Source of the DNA: an uncultured Clostridia bacterium
GTDB lineage: Bacteria > Bacillota > Clostridia > TANB77 > CAG-465
DNA length: 61,547 nucleotides
Assembly (NCBI GenBank): GCA_947627255.1
Contig: CANQVI010000004.1
Span: forward strand, 1-61,547
Direction of reading: 5' to 3'
Notes under the pieces: model-generated
Seen by the model: only the letters and a program-made list of their open reading frames with translations
What the model was told of the DNA's origin: nothing
Databases searched by the model: none
Program-made: the position numbers and the translations under genes
Shown here: piece after piece, positions 9,381-19,823 of the stretch
Position numbering within the stretch: the first letter of the stretch is position 1
How the letters are laid out: each line of letters starts with the position of its first letter

Positions 9381-11195
9381 TTACTTTAATTTTGAAAGCT
9401 CAATTATAATTTGATTTAATTCATATTTTAATATTTCGCTTTCATCATTTGAGACGTTTTCTCCTAGTCGTTTTAAAATTTCATCTCTTCTTGTAAATAG
9501 TTTTTCTTTTTTCTTATTCTTTAATACATCTTGAAGCAATTTTTCTTCATATCCTGAAATATCGATATACATTATATCAGTGATTTCCTTTATCATATCT
9601 TCATCTTGTATTTTGGATAAGATATCAATTTTATTTATATCATAATTATCTTTCAAAGATAATATGAAATCGAAAATTTTTCTAACTTCTTCATTTTCTA
9701 TATCTGAAGATTTTATATTTAAAAAGATTTGCTCTAATATTTTTGGTTTCTTAGAAAGTAGCAATGCTACTATATACTGTTCTTGTCTTTTTCTAACATT
9801 TGTTACTAGTTGCATTTTCTTATTTAGTGTTTGCATATCTATTACCAAATTATCTGTAGCTTTGGTTTTTAAACCTTTTTCTACTTCTTTTAATATTGGT
9901 CCTGGACTCATGCCATATTTTTTTGAAATTTTATCTATATACAAATCTCTTTCTATATTATTATCTATTTTAGACAATATATTTGCAACTCCTGTAAGAA
10001 ATCTTACTTTTGAATCAAAATCATTTATATCCAAATCTTTTTCTAAAATTGACACTTTAAATTCTACTAAAGAAATAGCATTTTCTATGCATTTTTTTAA
10101 TCTTTCTGGTCCGTACTTATTTAGATATTCATCTGGATCTTTAACATCATCTTTATCTAATTTTAAGACTTTTACATTTAAACCATGACTTACAAGAATA
10201 TCTAAACCTCTCATAGTAGCAGCCTGTCCTGCACCATCTTGGTCATATCCTATTATAACATTATCTGTATATTTTTTTATAAGCCTTGCTTGATTTTCAG
10301 TAAGTGCTGTTCCTAAAGAAGCAACTGCATTTAAAAAACCAAACTTTTGTAATGCTATTGCATCCATATAGCCTTCAACTATTATAATGTTATCTAGTTT
10401 TTCTCTTTTAGCAAAATTCATTAAATATAACGTTTTTCCTTTATGATAGATATCATTTTCCGGTGAATTTACATATTTAGGTATTGTTTTATCTAATACT
10501 TTAGCACTAAATGCTCTACCGCCAAAAGCAATAGTTCTATCTCTAATATCAAAAATAGGAAATATAATTCTAGAATAAAATCTATCATAGAGTTTTCCAT
10601 TTTTATTGCTTTCAAGTAAAATGCCAGAAGCTAACATTTCTTCTTTAGTATATCCTAAAGATAATAGATGTTCTTCTAATGAAACTTTTCCTGTAGCATA
10701 TCCAATTCCAAATTTATTAATAGTCTTTATATCTAATTTTCTTTTTATAATATATTCTTTTACTGGATTATTTTCTTCTTTTAGAAGTTCAATCAAATTA
10801 TTATGATAAAATATCCCAACATCTCTATTAAGTTTCAATAATCTTTCTTTTAAATCGCTTTTAGTTGAGTCCATTTTATTATAATAACTCTTAACTTCAT
10901 ATCTAGCTGTATCTATTCCTGCTCTTTCAGCTAACATTTCAACAGCTTCCCAAAATTCTATGTTTTCTACTTTCATTATAAATGAAATGACATTTCCACC
11001 TTCAGAACATCCAAAACATTTATATATTTGTTTATCCATTGAGACACAAAAAGAGGGGGTTTTTTCTCTATGAAAAGGACAAAGACCCATATAGTTTCTG
11101 CCACTTTTCTTTAGAGTTACATATTCAGATATAACTTCTACTATATCATTTTGAGATATAACTTCTTCTATTAAATCACCTGAATAGTATGCCAC
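9381..11195 (-). CDS. dnaG: DNA primase
   Basis: CPFH..CFGC zinc finger, KYVNSPE, EGYMD, DQDGAG Toprim motifs. Confidence 0.97.
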   Translation of the reverse strand: MAYYSGDLIEEVISQNDIVEVISEYVTLKKSGRNYMGLCPFHREKTPSFCVSMDKQIYKCFGCSEGGNVISFIMKVENIEFWEAVEMLAERAGIDTARYEVKSYYNKMDSTKSDLKERLLKLNRDVGIFYHNNLIELLKEENNPVKEYIIKRKLDIKTINKFGIGYATGKVSLEEHLLSLGYTKEEMLASGILLESNKNGKLYDRFYSRIIFPIFDIRDRTIAFGGRAFSAKVLDKTIPKYVNSPENDIYHKGKTLYLMNFAKREKLDNIIIVEGYMDAIALQKFGFLNAVASLGTALTENQARLIKKYTDNVIIGYDQDGAGQAATMRGLDILVSHGLNVKVLKLDKDDVKDPDEYLNKYGPERLKKCIENAISLVEFKVSILEKDLDINDFDSKVRFLTGVANILSKIDNNIERDLYIDKISKKYGMSPGPILKEVEKGLKTKATDNLVIDMQTLNKKMQLVTNVRKRQEQYIVALLLSKKPKILEQIFLNIKSSDIENEEVRKIFDFILSLKDNYDINKIDILSKIQDEDMIKEITDIMYIDISGYEEKLLQDVLKNKKKEKLFTRRDEILKRLGENVSNDESEILKYELNQIIIELSKLK

Positions 11196-11212
11196 CTCTT
11201 ATCGCCCTCCTT

Positions 11213-12457
11213 TTATGCTTCAATCATTTTTATTCTTTCTTCTCGATTATAATATATGTTTGTTGTATTAACAATACATATTATAACTAAAAGTATTGTA
11301 AGTATTGGTTGATAATATAATATATTTATCTTAAATATAGTTATAACTGCAAATAACGCAACAAATATCATTTTTATTAAAGTAGATTTTGTATCATATT
11401 TTCTATGTAAAGTAATAGATAAAATTTCCATAAATAGAATATATACAAAGCATAATATATAAAATTTTGTTGACATTCCTACAAATACAAAGGCATTTTC
11501 TTTAATGTTTGAAAGACCTATATTAGTATTTGAATGTATGCCATATGTTAAATCTCTAACAATATTTCCAGCAACTCCATTACCATATGTAGCAATTTTT
11601 ATTACAACACATCTGCCACCAAAGTATATTAAAGCTGCAATTATAGTTATTATAATTAAAGAGATTAACAATTTGCTGATTTTTATTCTCTCAACTTTAT
11701 ATATAAAATAATTATTTCTTCTTCTTTTTATAGTGTTATTAGATTTGTTAGAAAGGTTTAAACTTGTAGAATCTAAATTTGAAGTTATCATTAATGAAAC
11801 TATAGCAAGTACCATCCAAACAATATAATTAACACCACAAATAGTACTAAATCCTATGCATATACCTAGTATTATAGCTTGTCTAATGTACTTTTTGTTT
11901 TTTATATTTAATTGTTTTAACTCATCAATTAGTGTCTGCATAATATAAATAGAAAGTAGTAACATTACAGCTATGAATTTTGAATTTAAATTCATAGTTT
12001 TATCTTCTACAATATTAGGTAAAGAAAATGCTACAAACATTCCAAATACGGATAAAACATCACTTTTTGATACGTTAAATATTATACGTTGTGTATAAAA
12101 GCCCATTAAGAAAGTTAATATAAAATATAATACTAAAGTCTTTTTAGGATAAATATCCATTATACTATATATTTTAAAAAAAGTTGTTGTAAGCATAACT
12201 AATATTATGTATGTATATCTATATGCTGTTGCAATCTTTTTTTGTAATTTTAATCTAGATAATTTTTCTCTAACATAAGTATATAACGAAATAAGTATAA
12301 TTATTAAAGCGAAATATCCAAATTTTAAAATTCCACTTGGTCCATCTAAAGACGCAACACCTTTACCAATATATATAAAATCTGTTATGCCTAATAATAA
12401 TATAACTACTGCAAATATTACTACAACTATACTACGTGAAATTTTACTTATACTCAT
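11213..12457 (-). CDS. polytopic membrane protein (about 11-12 TM), function unknown
   Basis: 414 aa of alternating hydrophobic helices; tightly spaced between the nucleotidyltransferase and dnaG. Confidence 0.75.
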   Translation of the reverse strand: MSISKISRSIVVVIFAVVILLLGITDFIYIGKGVASLDGPSGILKFGYFALIIILISLYTYVREKLSRLKLQKKIATAYRYTYIILVMLTTTFFKIYSIMDIYPKKTLVLYFILTFLMGFYTQRIIFNVSKSDVLSVFGMFVAFSLPNIVEDKTMNLNSKFIAVMLLLSIYIMQTLIDELKQLNIKNKKYIRQAIILGICIGFSTICGVNYIVWMVLAIVSLMITSNLDSTSLNLSNKSNNTIKRRRNNYFIYKVERIKISKLLISLIIITIIAALIYFGGRCVVIKIATYGNGVAGNIVRDLTYGIHSNTNIGLSNIKENAFVFVGMSTKFYILCFVYILFMEILSITLHRKYDTKSTLIKMIFVALFAVITIFKINILYYQPILTILLVIICIVNTTNIYYNREERIKMIEA

Positions 12458-12476
12458 ATTTTAACCACTCTACTTT

Positions 12477-13211
12477 TTATTTATTGCTATATAACTTATT
12501 TACGTAAGCTAAAGACTCATGTGTTCCAACATCATAGCAATCACCTTTAAATGGGAACGCATATACTGATGCATGTTTATATAAATAAGCTACAAAGTTA
12601 CCAGGTGCATCACTATTATTTCCTTCTTCAATATATTTTTTAAATACAGGTACGATTTCTCTTGGATATAAATATTCTGCATATGCAGCAAATTTACCCT
12701 TAGGTTCTGCTGGTTTTTCTTCAAATCCAACGACTTTCATATCTGAATCTGTTTCAACAACACCTAATCTTTTTAATGTTTCATTATCTTCTTCTCTAAC
12801 ACAAATAGCAGATGTACCTTTTGTTTTTTGAAAATCTACGAAATCTCTTAATTTAAATGTAAATAAATTATCTCCTGCTATTATTAATAAATCATCATCT
12901 ATTTTTGCTTTTTCAATTACGAATTCTATATCTCCAATAGCTCCAAGTCTATTTTCATTTGTTGTTGTATTATCATTAAATACAGTTATAGGCTTTACAT
13001 TGTTTTTGTTTTTTGCCCACTCTTCAAAGTGAGGAGTATATTTTTTATTAGTTACTAAATAAATTTGATCTACTTCCTCTAATGAATTAACCTCATCTAA
13101 AATGTAGTCTATTAATGGTCTTCCACCAACTTCTAGTAATGCCTTTGGAAAGTTTTCAGTTAATGGAAATAATCTAGTTGCATATCCTGCACAAAGTAAA
13201 ATACATTTCAT
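12477..13211 (-). CDS. sugar-phosphate nucleotidyltransferase (NTP_transferase family)
   Basis: LCAGYATRLFPLT..PKALL, GDNL, FEEKP, DVGT motifs. Confidence 0.9.
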   Translation of the reverse strand: MKCILLCAGYATRLFPLTENFPKALLEVGGRPLIDYILDEVNSLEEVDQIYLVTNKKYTPHFEEWAKNKNNVKPITVFNDNTTTNENRLGAIGDIEFVIEKAKIDDDLLIIAGDNLFTFKLRDFVDFQKTKGTSAICVREEDNETLKRLGVVETDSDMKVVGFEEKPAEPKGKFAAYAEYLYPREIVPVFKKYIEEGNNSDAPGNFVAYLYKHASVYAFPFKGDCYDVGTHESLAYVNKLYSNK

Positions 13212-13313
13212 TTTTTCAATCTCCTTTTATTCAATTGTGTTGTAATTACCACGACATTATATCACATATAAGTATTTTTTTCAATATATTTTATTCTGTA
13301 AAATAATCCCATT

Positions 13314-13342
13314 AAAAATGTTGCTACACTGTGTAGCAACAT
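13314..13342 (-). terminator. intrinsic terminator
   Basis: ATGTTGCTACAC/GTGTAGCAACAT stem followed by a T-run on the minus strand. Confidence 0.7.
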
Positions 13343-13360
13343 TAATAGTTAAATATTAAA

Positions 13361-14362
13361 TTATACTGATTCAATATCATTTAATTTTTCTTCAAATTCT
13401 GATATTCTTTGTTCAGTTTCATATTGTTCAATTCTATTTAAAGCATATAAATATTTTCTTTCTTGAGATAATAATGATTGATATTCTTCATTCCAATCTT
13501 CATGATTTTTTAAGTTGTTATGAACATCATCTAGTTTTTCTTCTAATACTGATTTTATAGGTTCTAATATATTTGCATCTTTTTCTACTTTGATACCATT
13601 ATCTACCATATAAGTAACAACTTCTGCAAATAATCTTTCTCCTTGAACATTTACTCCTTCATCAGTATTATCATGTAAAATATTTACTACTTTATTTACT
13701 TGATCTATACCAATTTTATCAAAAATTGTATCTACTCTTGAATCAATGAATTGTCCATTTTCTCCAAATACTTCTTGTCCTTTTATAAACAAATCTACAT
13801 TATTTTGAATTATTCTTGCTTGTTCTACTGGAAGTTCTTCTGTTGCAATCTTTAAAGCATGTCTATCATAATATTTTCTAAATGCACTATTGCACATATC
13901 TTGTGCTTCACTATATGGTTTAAAATATTGAGCATATTCTCTTAATACTTCGTGTTGTGTTTTATCTCCACTCATATTCATTCTTAATTCATCAATATTT
14001 TCACCAAAATAAGCAGTAACTTTATGATCTATTCCATCTAATTGATATATAGGTTGTTGAACTTCTGCACTTTCAGCTGGTTGACTAGCATCAGCAAATA
14101 CACCATTGTCTTGTGCAAATGCTCCACCTACCACACTATCAGTTTGACCATCTAAAGTTACTTCTGAAGATACATTTTCTAATGATATTGATGAAGACGC
14201 TTGTACAGGTTCTTCAGTAGGAAGTACTTCTCCGTTTTCTTGAACTCCTGATTTTAACATTAAATAATCTTGTTTTTTACCAAACAATCTAGCTATTGCA
14301 TTTTTTACAGAGTCAATATCTTCAAGAAATAATTTCCATTCATTTTTCCAAAATTCAAACAT
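13361..14362 (-). CDS. hypothetical acidic protein with N-terminal FWKNEWK amphipathic motif
   Basis: Start placed at 14362 (MFEFWKNEW) after GAGGTG; long open frame with a terminator downstream. Confidence 0.8.
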   Translation of the reverse strand: MFEFWKNEWKLFLEDIDSVKNAIARLFGKKQDYLMLKSGVQENGEVLPTEEPVQASSSISLENVSSEVTLDGQTDSVVGGAFAQDNGVFADASQPAESAEVQQPIYQLDGIDHKVTAYFGENIDELRMNMSGDKTQHEVLREYAQYFKPYSEAQDMCNSAFRKYYDRHALKIATEELPVEQARIIQNNVDLFIKGQEVFGENGQFIDSRVDTIFDKIGIDQVNKVVNILHDNTDEGVNVQGERLFAEVVTYMVDNGIKVEKDANILEPIKSVLEEKLDDVHNNLKNHEDWNEEYQSLLSQERKYLYALNRIEQYETEQRISEFEEKLNDIESV

Positions 14363-14547
14363 TAAAAACACCTCTTTTGTACATAATATAACCATTATTA
14401 TATGTAACTTCATTATATTAAATGCTAAATAAAAAAGCAATAACAAGAATATTTTATTTACATTTCATTAAAATTACAATATGCTATATATATCAAAAAA
14501 AGTGTCTTTTTATCATTTTTATATGTCGTAACAGTTTACAATAATAT

Positions 14548-14709
14548 CTATCTAGTTTCAAACAAATATTCTATAAAAGTCTTGAATTCTTTTATATCTT
14601 CCTTTACTCTTTTCCACTCACTCTTCCAAAAAGAGTTAACATCACATTTTTGTTCTATTTCCATAATGCTTGGATATAGCATTAACATTTTCTTATTTTT
14701 TAATATCAC
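14548..14709 (-). CDS. small protein, 53 aa, with FWKSEWK motif (not in ORF track)
   Basis: GGAGG RBS plus GTG; MILKNKKMLMLYPSIMEIEQKCDVNSFWKSEWKRVKEDIKEFKTFIEYLFETR; upstream TTGAAT-17-TATAAT (14763-14735); similar to the N-terminus of the next gene. Confidence 0.75.
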   Translation of the reverse strand: MILKNKKMLMLYPSIMEIEQKCDVNSFWKSEWKRVKEDIKEFKTFIEYLFETR

Positions 14710-14859
14710 TTTTTTCCCTCCAAAAAGTAATTAAATTATACAAAAATCTTAATTTAAATTCAAGGACAAAATCATTTCAATTAAGTTACCATGTTAAATA
14801 TAATTTTTCAAAAAATGTTAAAGTATGATTTTATATTCTAATTTTTTTACATAATTCAT

Positions 14860-15222
14860 TTAAAAAATTAGCATATCTTTAAATGGGAAGTTAGATAATG
14901 CTCCATATTCCCATATGTATATATTCATATATCCAAGTAAATTCAATATATTAATTGCCTCTTTAGTCCTTATACCACTAGAGCAATACACTATTATACA
15001 TTTCTTATTTTTATATTCATTTTCACAGCATCTTATCTTATCTACCGGAATATTTACTGCATTATTTATATGCATAATATCATATTCTCTTTTCGTTCTA
15101 ACATCAATTACTATATTATCTTTATCTTCTATCATTTTTCTTACGGTATCATAATTTACCAAATTATATATTAAATTTCTATTTGGGCATCTATTTTTTC
15201 TACTGGCAAAAAAATTAAACAT
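14860..15222 (-). CDS. rhodanese-like domain protein
   Basis: IDVRT..EY..HI..A.NIP and YCSSGIRT active-site loop; sigmaE-like TCATA-N16-CATAGATT upstream. Confidence 0.88.
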   Translation of the reverse strand: MFNFFASRKNRCPNRNLIYNLVNYDTVRKMIEDKDNIVIDVRTKREYDIMHINNAVNIPVDKIRCCENEYKNKKCIIVYCSSGIRTKEAINILNLLGYMNIYIWEYGALSNFPFKDMLIF

Positions 15223-15273
15223 AGTTATACCTTCTTTCTGATATAATCTATGTTTAATTCATTTATTTTATGA

Positions 15274-16470
15274 TTATTTTGCAACTATTGTTTCAGGCTC
15301 ATTATTATCTTCCTTTTTCTTTTTAGGAATAATTAATGATATACAAACTCCAAGTGAAATTATAAATACAATAAATGATATTACAACTCCAACATATGGA
15401 ATTTTTTCTAATAGTTCAAGTAATATAAATGTAATTATAGCTACTAAAATATTATTAGGTCTTATAGCTGTTTTATCCACATTTTCATATTTTTTATCTA
15501 CAAGTTGTACTATAAATGTTCCAACAATTATATTTTTTATTAATGATAAGCATACAAGTATCGCAGCTGCAAATACTATTGCAGCAATTCCAACTGATGG
15601 AGCAAGCATTAAGAATATTATTCCTAAGCATATAGCACCAATAATAGCAACATATCCTTTTAAGCCATTTGATAAAGCATTGCTTTGTTCAATTTTATTT
15701 AGTAGTTTTGATAATCCATCTTTCTTAATAAATAGTAATATTATTAAAAATAAAACAAAGTTTGTTATACCAGCTGAAAATATTTCCATAGCATAATCTT
15801 TTATTGTTATTTTTTCTTCTTCTACTATGTCAATAGTAGCAGTTCCTACGCTTTCATCTACTTTAAGATCTGTATTTGATGTATTAATATATATTCCTTG
15901 CTCAACTTTACCATTTTCAGAAAATTCTATGCTATCTGTATCTAGTCTTAATTCACCTTTTATATTATTGTTTATTTTAGCACTTACAGTAGAGCCTAAT
16001 ATATTTCCATCAATATTTCCATTAACTATTAAATCAGATGCATAAATTGTAAGATTTTCTTTTACATTAGAATTTTCGCCTAATGTTACTGTTCCTGTAC
16101 AGAATATAATTGCATTATTAACATTAGCATTTATTACTGTATCTCCAGTAGTACAAATGACTGCTGAGTTAATATCTGAATTTATTCTAATAGTATCTTG
16201 GTTACATATTAATAAATTTCCATCCATTTTAGAATTTATATCAATAGTAGATGTACTACATATAATTCCACTTTGACTTAGTTCTTTATCCATTTCTACT
16301 CTTTGAGTAGTTACTCTTACAAACGGAAGTTTAAATTCAGATGTATCTTCACTAACTTTATACATTGTACTTAAAGTTTTAGTATCCCATATTGATACTG
16401 CATAAATATTATTAAATAATAGTACAAATGCAAAAACAAGTGAAATAAGTAAAGAAACTTTTTTCTTCAT
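15274..16470 (-). CDS. exported beta-helix (bactofilin-like) domain fused to a C-terminal multi-TM domain
   Basis: Signal peptide, repetitive (I/V)xGx(I/V) beta-solenoid pattern, about 5 C-terminal TM helices with IPYVG. Confidence 0.7.
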   Translation of the reverse strand: MKKKVSLLISLVFAFVLLFNNIYAVSIWDTKTLSTMYKVSEDTSEFKLPFVRVTTQRVEMDKELSQSGIICSTSTIDINSKMDGNLLICNQDTIRINSDINSAVICTTGDTVINANVNNAIIFCTGTVTLGENSNVKENLTIYASDLIVNGNIDGNILGSTVSAKINNNIKGELRLDTDSIEFSENGKVEQGIYINTSNTDLKVDESVGTATIDIVEEEKITIKDYAMEIFSAGITNFVLFLIILLFIKKDGLSKLLNKIEQSNALSNGLKGYVAIIGAICLGIIFLMLAPSVGIAAIVFAAAILVCLSLIKNIIVGTFIVQLVDKKYENVDKTAIRPNNILVAIITFILLELLEKIPYVGVVISFIVFIISLGVCISLIIPKKKKEDNNEPETIVAK

Positions 16471-16530
16471 ATTTTATTCCCCCTAATATATAGTTATTTT
16501 ATAACACTTAATAGCAAAAATCAATAATAT

Positions 16531-17406
16531 TTACATCACTTCATTTATGCTTTGTGATATTATGTCTGCCATTATTTCTATGAGTTCGTCTATATCTTTT
16601 GGTGTTACAATATAATTTTGTGTATCTAAAGTAGAGGCTATTTTTTGGTATCTTTCATTTTTTTCATCTTTGCTATTTTCTATTATGTTTAAAGCATCAT
16701 TAGTTATAGTTGCAATATCTACCACCATAGGTACTCCTATCGATACAATTTTAGCATTTGTACTTTCAGTATCTATTTTATTATTTATTCCAGTTATTCC
16801 AGATCCTGGTGTTATTCCAACATTGCTAATTTGAATAGAGGCACCTACTCTTTTTATTGATTTTGACATAAGACTATCGATAACTACTATATATTCTGGT
16901 TTTACTAATTCTGAAATAGCAGAAATAATTTCTGATGTTTGTATTCCTGTATTTCCCATTACGCCAGGACATATAGCACTTACTTCCCTTGTATCTTTAG
17001 ATAAAATATCTTCTGTAAGTTTTAATATATGTCTTGTAACATCTATTTGTTTTACTACTTTTGAGCCAAGTGCATCCGGTGTAACATACATATTTCCTAG
17101 TCCTACAACTAAAACTGATCTTTTATCTTCTATAAGATTAACTAAAATTTCTTTTACTTTTTCTACTAGCTTTTCTCTATCATTTATATATTTTACTTCT
17201 TGCATTTCAAAAGTAATATACTTTCCTATTTGTTTATCTATGGCATTAGCACCATTTTCATTTAATACATCTACTTGTATAATTTTAAATTCTTCAAAAT
17301 TTTCTTCCTTAATCTCTATACCATCAATTTTTTCCATATCATTAATTACTTTGTATTCGTCTACTCTTTCATCTGCCATATCCGTATTAAATTTTATTTT
17401 ATTCAT
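16531..17406 (-). CDS. gpr: germination protease GPR
   Basis: TDMADE propeptide site, VVGLGN..TPDALG, PGVMG.TG, IGVP.VVD, VTPKDID. Confidence 0.93.
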   Translation of the reverse strand: MNKIKFNTDMADERVDEYKVINDMEKIDGIEIKEENFEEFKIIQVDVLNENGANAIDKQIGKYITFEMQEVKYINDREKLVEKVKEILVNLIEDKRSVLVVGLGNMYVTPDALGSKVVKQIDVTRHILKLTEDILSKDTREVSAICPGVMGNTGIQTSEIISAISELVKPEYIVVIDSLMSKSIKRVGASIQISNVGITPGSGITGINNKIDTESTNAKIVSIGVPMVVDIATITNDALNIIENSKDEKNERYQKIASTLDTQNYIVTPKDIDELIEIMADIISQSINEVM

Positions 17407-17423
17407 AAAAAAACACCTCTATA

Positions 17424-17454
17424 TAATTATGCTTATATAGAGGCACTTTTATTC
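17424..17454 (-). promoter_or_regulatory. forespore (sigmaG/F-type) promoter of gpr, overlapping a hairpin
   Basis: GAATA-N18-CATAATTA on the minus strand resembles the sigmaG consensus; gpr is a known forespore gene. Confidence 0.5.
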
Positions 17455-18362
17455 TATAACATACATATAATTTTTTTAAGTCCTATTTCAAAATCCATAT
17501 CACCATTTTTAGTTTTTTTATCATAATCATCAAACGCATATAATATATTTTTTAGTTCATCTACTTTATATTTATCGCAAGAATATAGTAGTTTTTTTAC
17601 AACAAAAGGATGTATTCCAAGTTCAAGGGCTATATTCTTTTCTCCTTTTTCTTTTAAAAGTTTTATCATATATAGTTGTCTAAACTGTTTATATAGCATT
17701 ATATAAATTTTAACTATTGGCTCTTTTTGTTGTAATAATGAATTGAGTTGTTCTATAGCAATTTCTTTTTTCTTATTTACTATATTTTCTAACACATCAA
17801 ATATCTTTGCATTTAAAGTTTTAGAGCAAACTTTATCTATTATTTCTTTAGTAACTGTTCCACCATTTTGAACGTATATAACTAGTTTTTGCATTTCATT
17901 AATATTATTAGACTTATTGTTTCCACATACATTTTGCATATACTGTGCATCTTCATATGATATTTTTACATTATACTTTTTTAAAGTATTTATAATAAAG
18001 TCTGTCATTTGCTTTTCATCTAAATATTTATATTCAATACATTCTGCAATTTTAGCTATTGCTTTATACTCAGATAATCTTTTATCTACACTATCTTCAA
18101 TAATTATAACTGTTACATCTTCATCTAAATTATCTAAGTATTTTACATTAAATTTCAAATTTGTATCCTTTATTATAATTAGCTTTTTACTTCCAAAAAA
18201 TGTTACTCCCTGTGATACATTTTCTAATTCATCTATGTTATCACTATTTATATAAAAAAGATTTACTCCTACTTCTAAACTAGTAAATTCTTTTTTTATT
18301 TTCTCTACTTTTTGGTTTAAATCATACTTTTCCTCACCATATAATAAATAAATATTACTCAT
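17454..18362 (-). CDS. holA: DNA polymerase III delta subunit
   Basis: YLLYGEE N-terminus, FFG..KLIII, DKR motif, IHPF..KK, D..KTKNG. Confidence 0.92.
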   Translation of the reverse strand: MSNIYLLYGEEKYDLNQKVEKIKKEFTSLEVGVNLFYINSDNIDELENVSQGVTFFGSKKLIIIKDTNLKFNVKYLDNLDEDVTVIIIEDSVDKRLSEYKAIAKIAECIEYKYLDEKQMTDFIINTLKKYNVKISYEDAQYMQNVCGNNKSNNINEMQKLVIYVQNGGTVTKEIIDKVCSKTLNAKIFDVLENIVNKKKEIAIEQLNSLLQQKEPIVKIYIMLYKQFRQLYMIKLLKEKGEKNIALELGIHPFVVKKLLYSCDKYKVDELKNILYAFDDYDKKTKNGDMDFEIGLKKIICML

Positions 18363-18371
18363 ATTTTCTCC

Positions 18372-19730
18372 TTATAGATTTTCTTTAAATTTTGATATGC
18401 TCTCTATTGCTCTATCGGCTAAAACACTATATCTTTCTTTTTTATCTCTAATAGTCTTTTCTAATGGCTTTAATATTCCAAAATTTGCATTCATTGGTTG
18501 ATAATTTTCGTTTTCTGTTGATACATAGTTTGCTAAACTTCCAAGCATTGTATCATCTGGAAATTTTATTTTTTTATTTTTTGTCCTTTCAATTATACTA
18601 TAAGCTACAATAAGTCCTGAGGCTGCTGATTCAACATATCCTTCAACACCAGATATTTGTCCTGCAAAATATATATCATTATCTAATTTTAAGTTAAAAT
18701 TATCATTTAATAATTTTCCACCATTAATATATGTATTTTTATGCATAACTCCATATCTTTCAAAACTTGCGTTTTCTAAACCTGGAATCATAGAAAATAC
18801 TCTTTTTTGCTCTGAAAATTTTAAATTAGTTTGAAAACCAACTAAATTAAACATTTCAGCCTCTTTATTTTCTGCTCTTAGTTGAACATTAGCATATGGC
18901 CTTTTACCAGTTCTTGTATCTGTAAAGCCAACAGGTTTTAATGGTCCATATCTTAAAGTATCTACACCTCTTTTTGCCATTACTTCTATTGGCATACAAC
19001 CTTCAAAGATTTCCTTTTTTTCAAATTCATGAAGTTTTGCTACCTCAGCATTAACTAGCTCATTATAAAAAGCAATATATTCATCTTTATTCATAGGTAA
19101 ATTAAGATAATCTGCTTTAGGTGCTTTTTCTATTCTTGCTTTCCACTCATCTACTGATTCTTCTCTTTTTCTTTCTTGATCGTATCTATCTCCCCAATAT
19201 GCTATACTCATATCTATAGATTCTCTTGATACTATTGGAGCTGCTGCATCATAAAAATATAGGCTATCATCTCCAATTTTTTCCTTTAATGTATTCATTA
19301 ATTTTTCATCTGTAAGCGGTCCTGTTGCAATTACTTTTATTCCATCTATACTATCAATATCATCAACTTTTTCATATATAATCTCAATATTTGAATTACT
19401 CTTTATTTTGTCTGTTATATAATTTGAAAATATTTCTCTATCTACTGCTAAAGCCTGACCTGCTGGTACTTTAGAATTATATGCTGCTTCTATAAATAGG
19501 CTATTTAAAATTTGCATTTCTTTTTTTAATAGTCCACACGCATTTGTTAGTGCTTCTGATTTTAAAGAATTACTACAAACAAGTTCAGCAAATTTATCTG
19601 ATGTATGTGCTTCACTTTTATATTTAGGTTTCATTTCATAAAGCCTTACTTTAATATCATTGTTTGCTAAAATATATGCACATTCACATCCTGCAAGTCC
19701 TGCTCCAATTACATTTACTACTGTATCCAT
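18372..19730 (-). CDS. trmFO: tRNA U54 methyltransferase TrmFO (Gid)
   Basis: GAGLAG, AELVCSNS, FEGCMPIE, AGQISGVEGY, QPMNANFG; follows topA. Confidence 0.96.
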   Translation of the reverse strand: MDTVVNVIGAGLAGCECAYILANNDIKVRLYEMKPKYKSEAHTSDKFAELVCSNSLKSEALTNACGLLKKEMQILNSLFIEAAYNSKVPAGQALAVDREIFSNYITDKIKSNSNIEIIYEKVDDIDSIDGIKVIATGPLTDEKLMNTLKEKIGDDSLYFYDAAAPIVSRESIDMSIAYWGDRYDQERKREESVDEWKARIEKAPKADYLNLPMNKDEYIAFYNELVNAEVAKLHEFEKKEIFEGCMPIEVMAKRGVDTLRYGPLKPVGFTDTRTGKRPYANVQLRAENKEAEMFNLVGFQTNLKFSEQKRVFSMIPGLENASFERYGVMHKNTYINGGKLLNDNFNLKLDNDIYFAGQISGVEGYVESAASGLIVAYSIIERTKNKKIKFPDDTMLGSLANYVSTENENYQPMNANFGILKPLEKTIRDKKERYSVLADRAIESISKFKENL

Positions 19731-19783
19731 TTTATTCTCCTAACTATTGTTATTATATTATACTGTCACCATTTTTTCAATAG

Positions 19784-19813
19784 AAAAAAAGATATCTGGA
19801 TACCAGATATCTT
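19784..19813 (-). terminator. intrinsic terminator after topA
   Basis: AAGATATCTGG/CCAGATATCTT stem plus T-tract on the minus strand. Confidence 0.8.
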
Positions 19814-19823
19814 ATATAAACTA

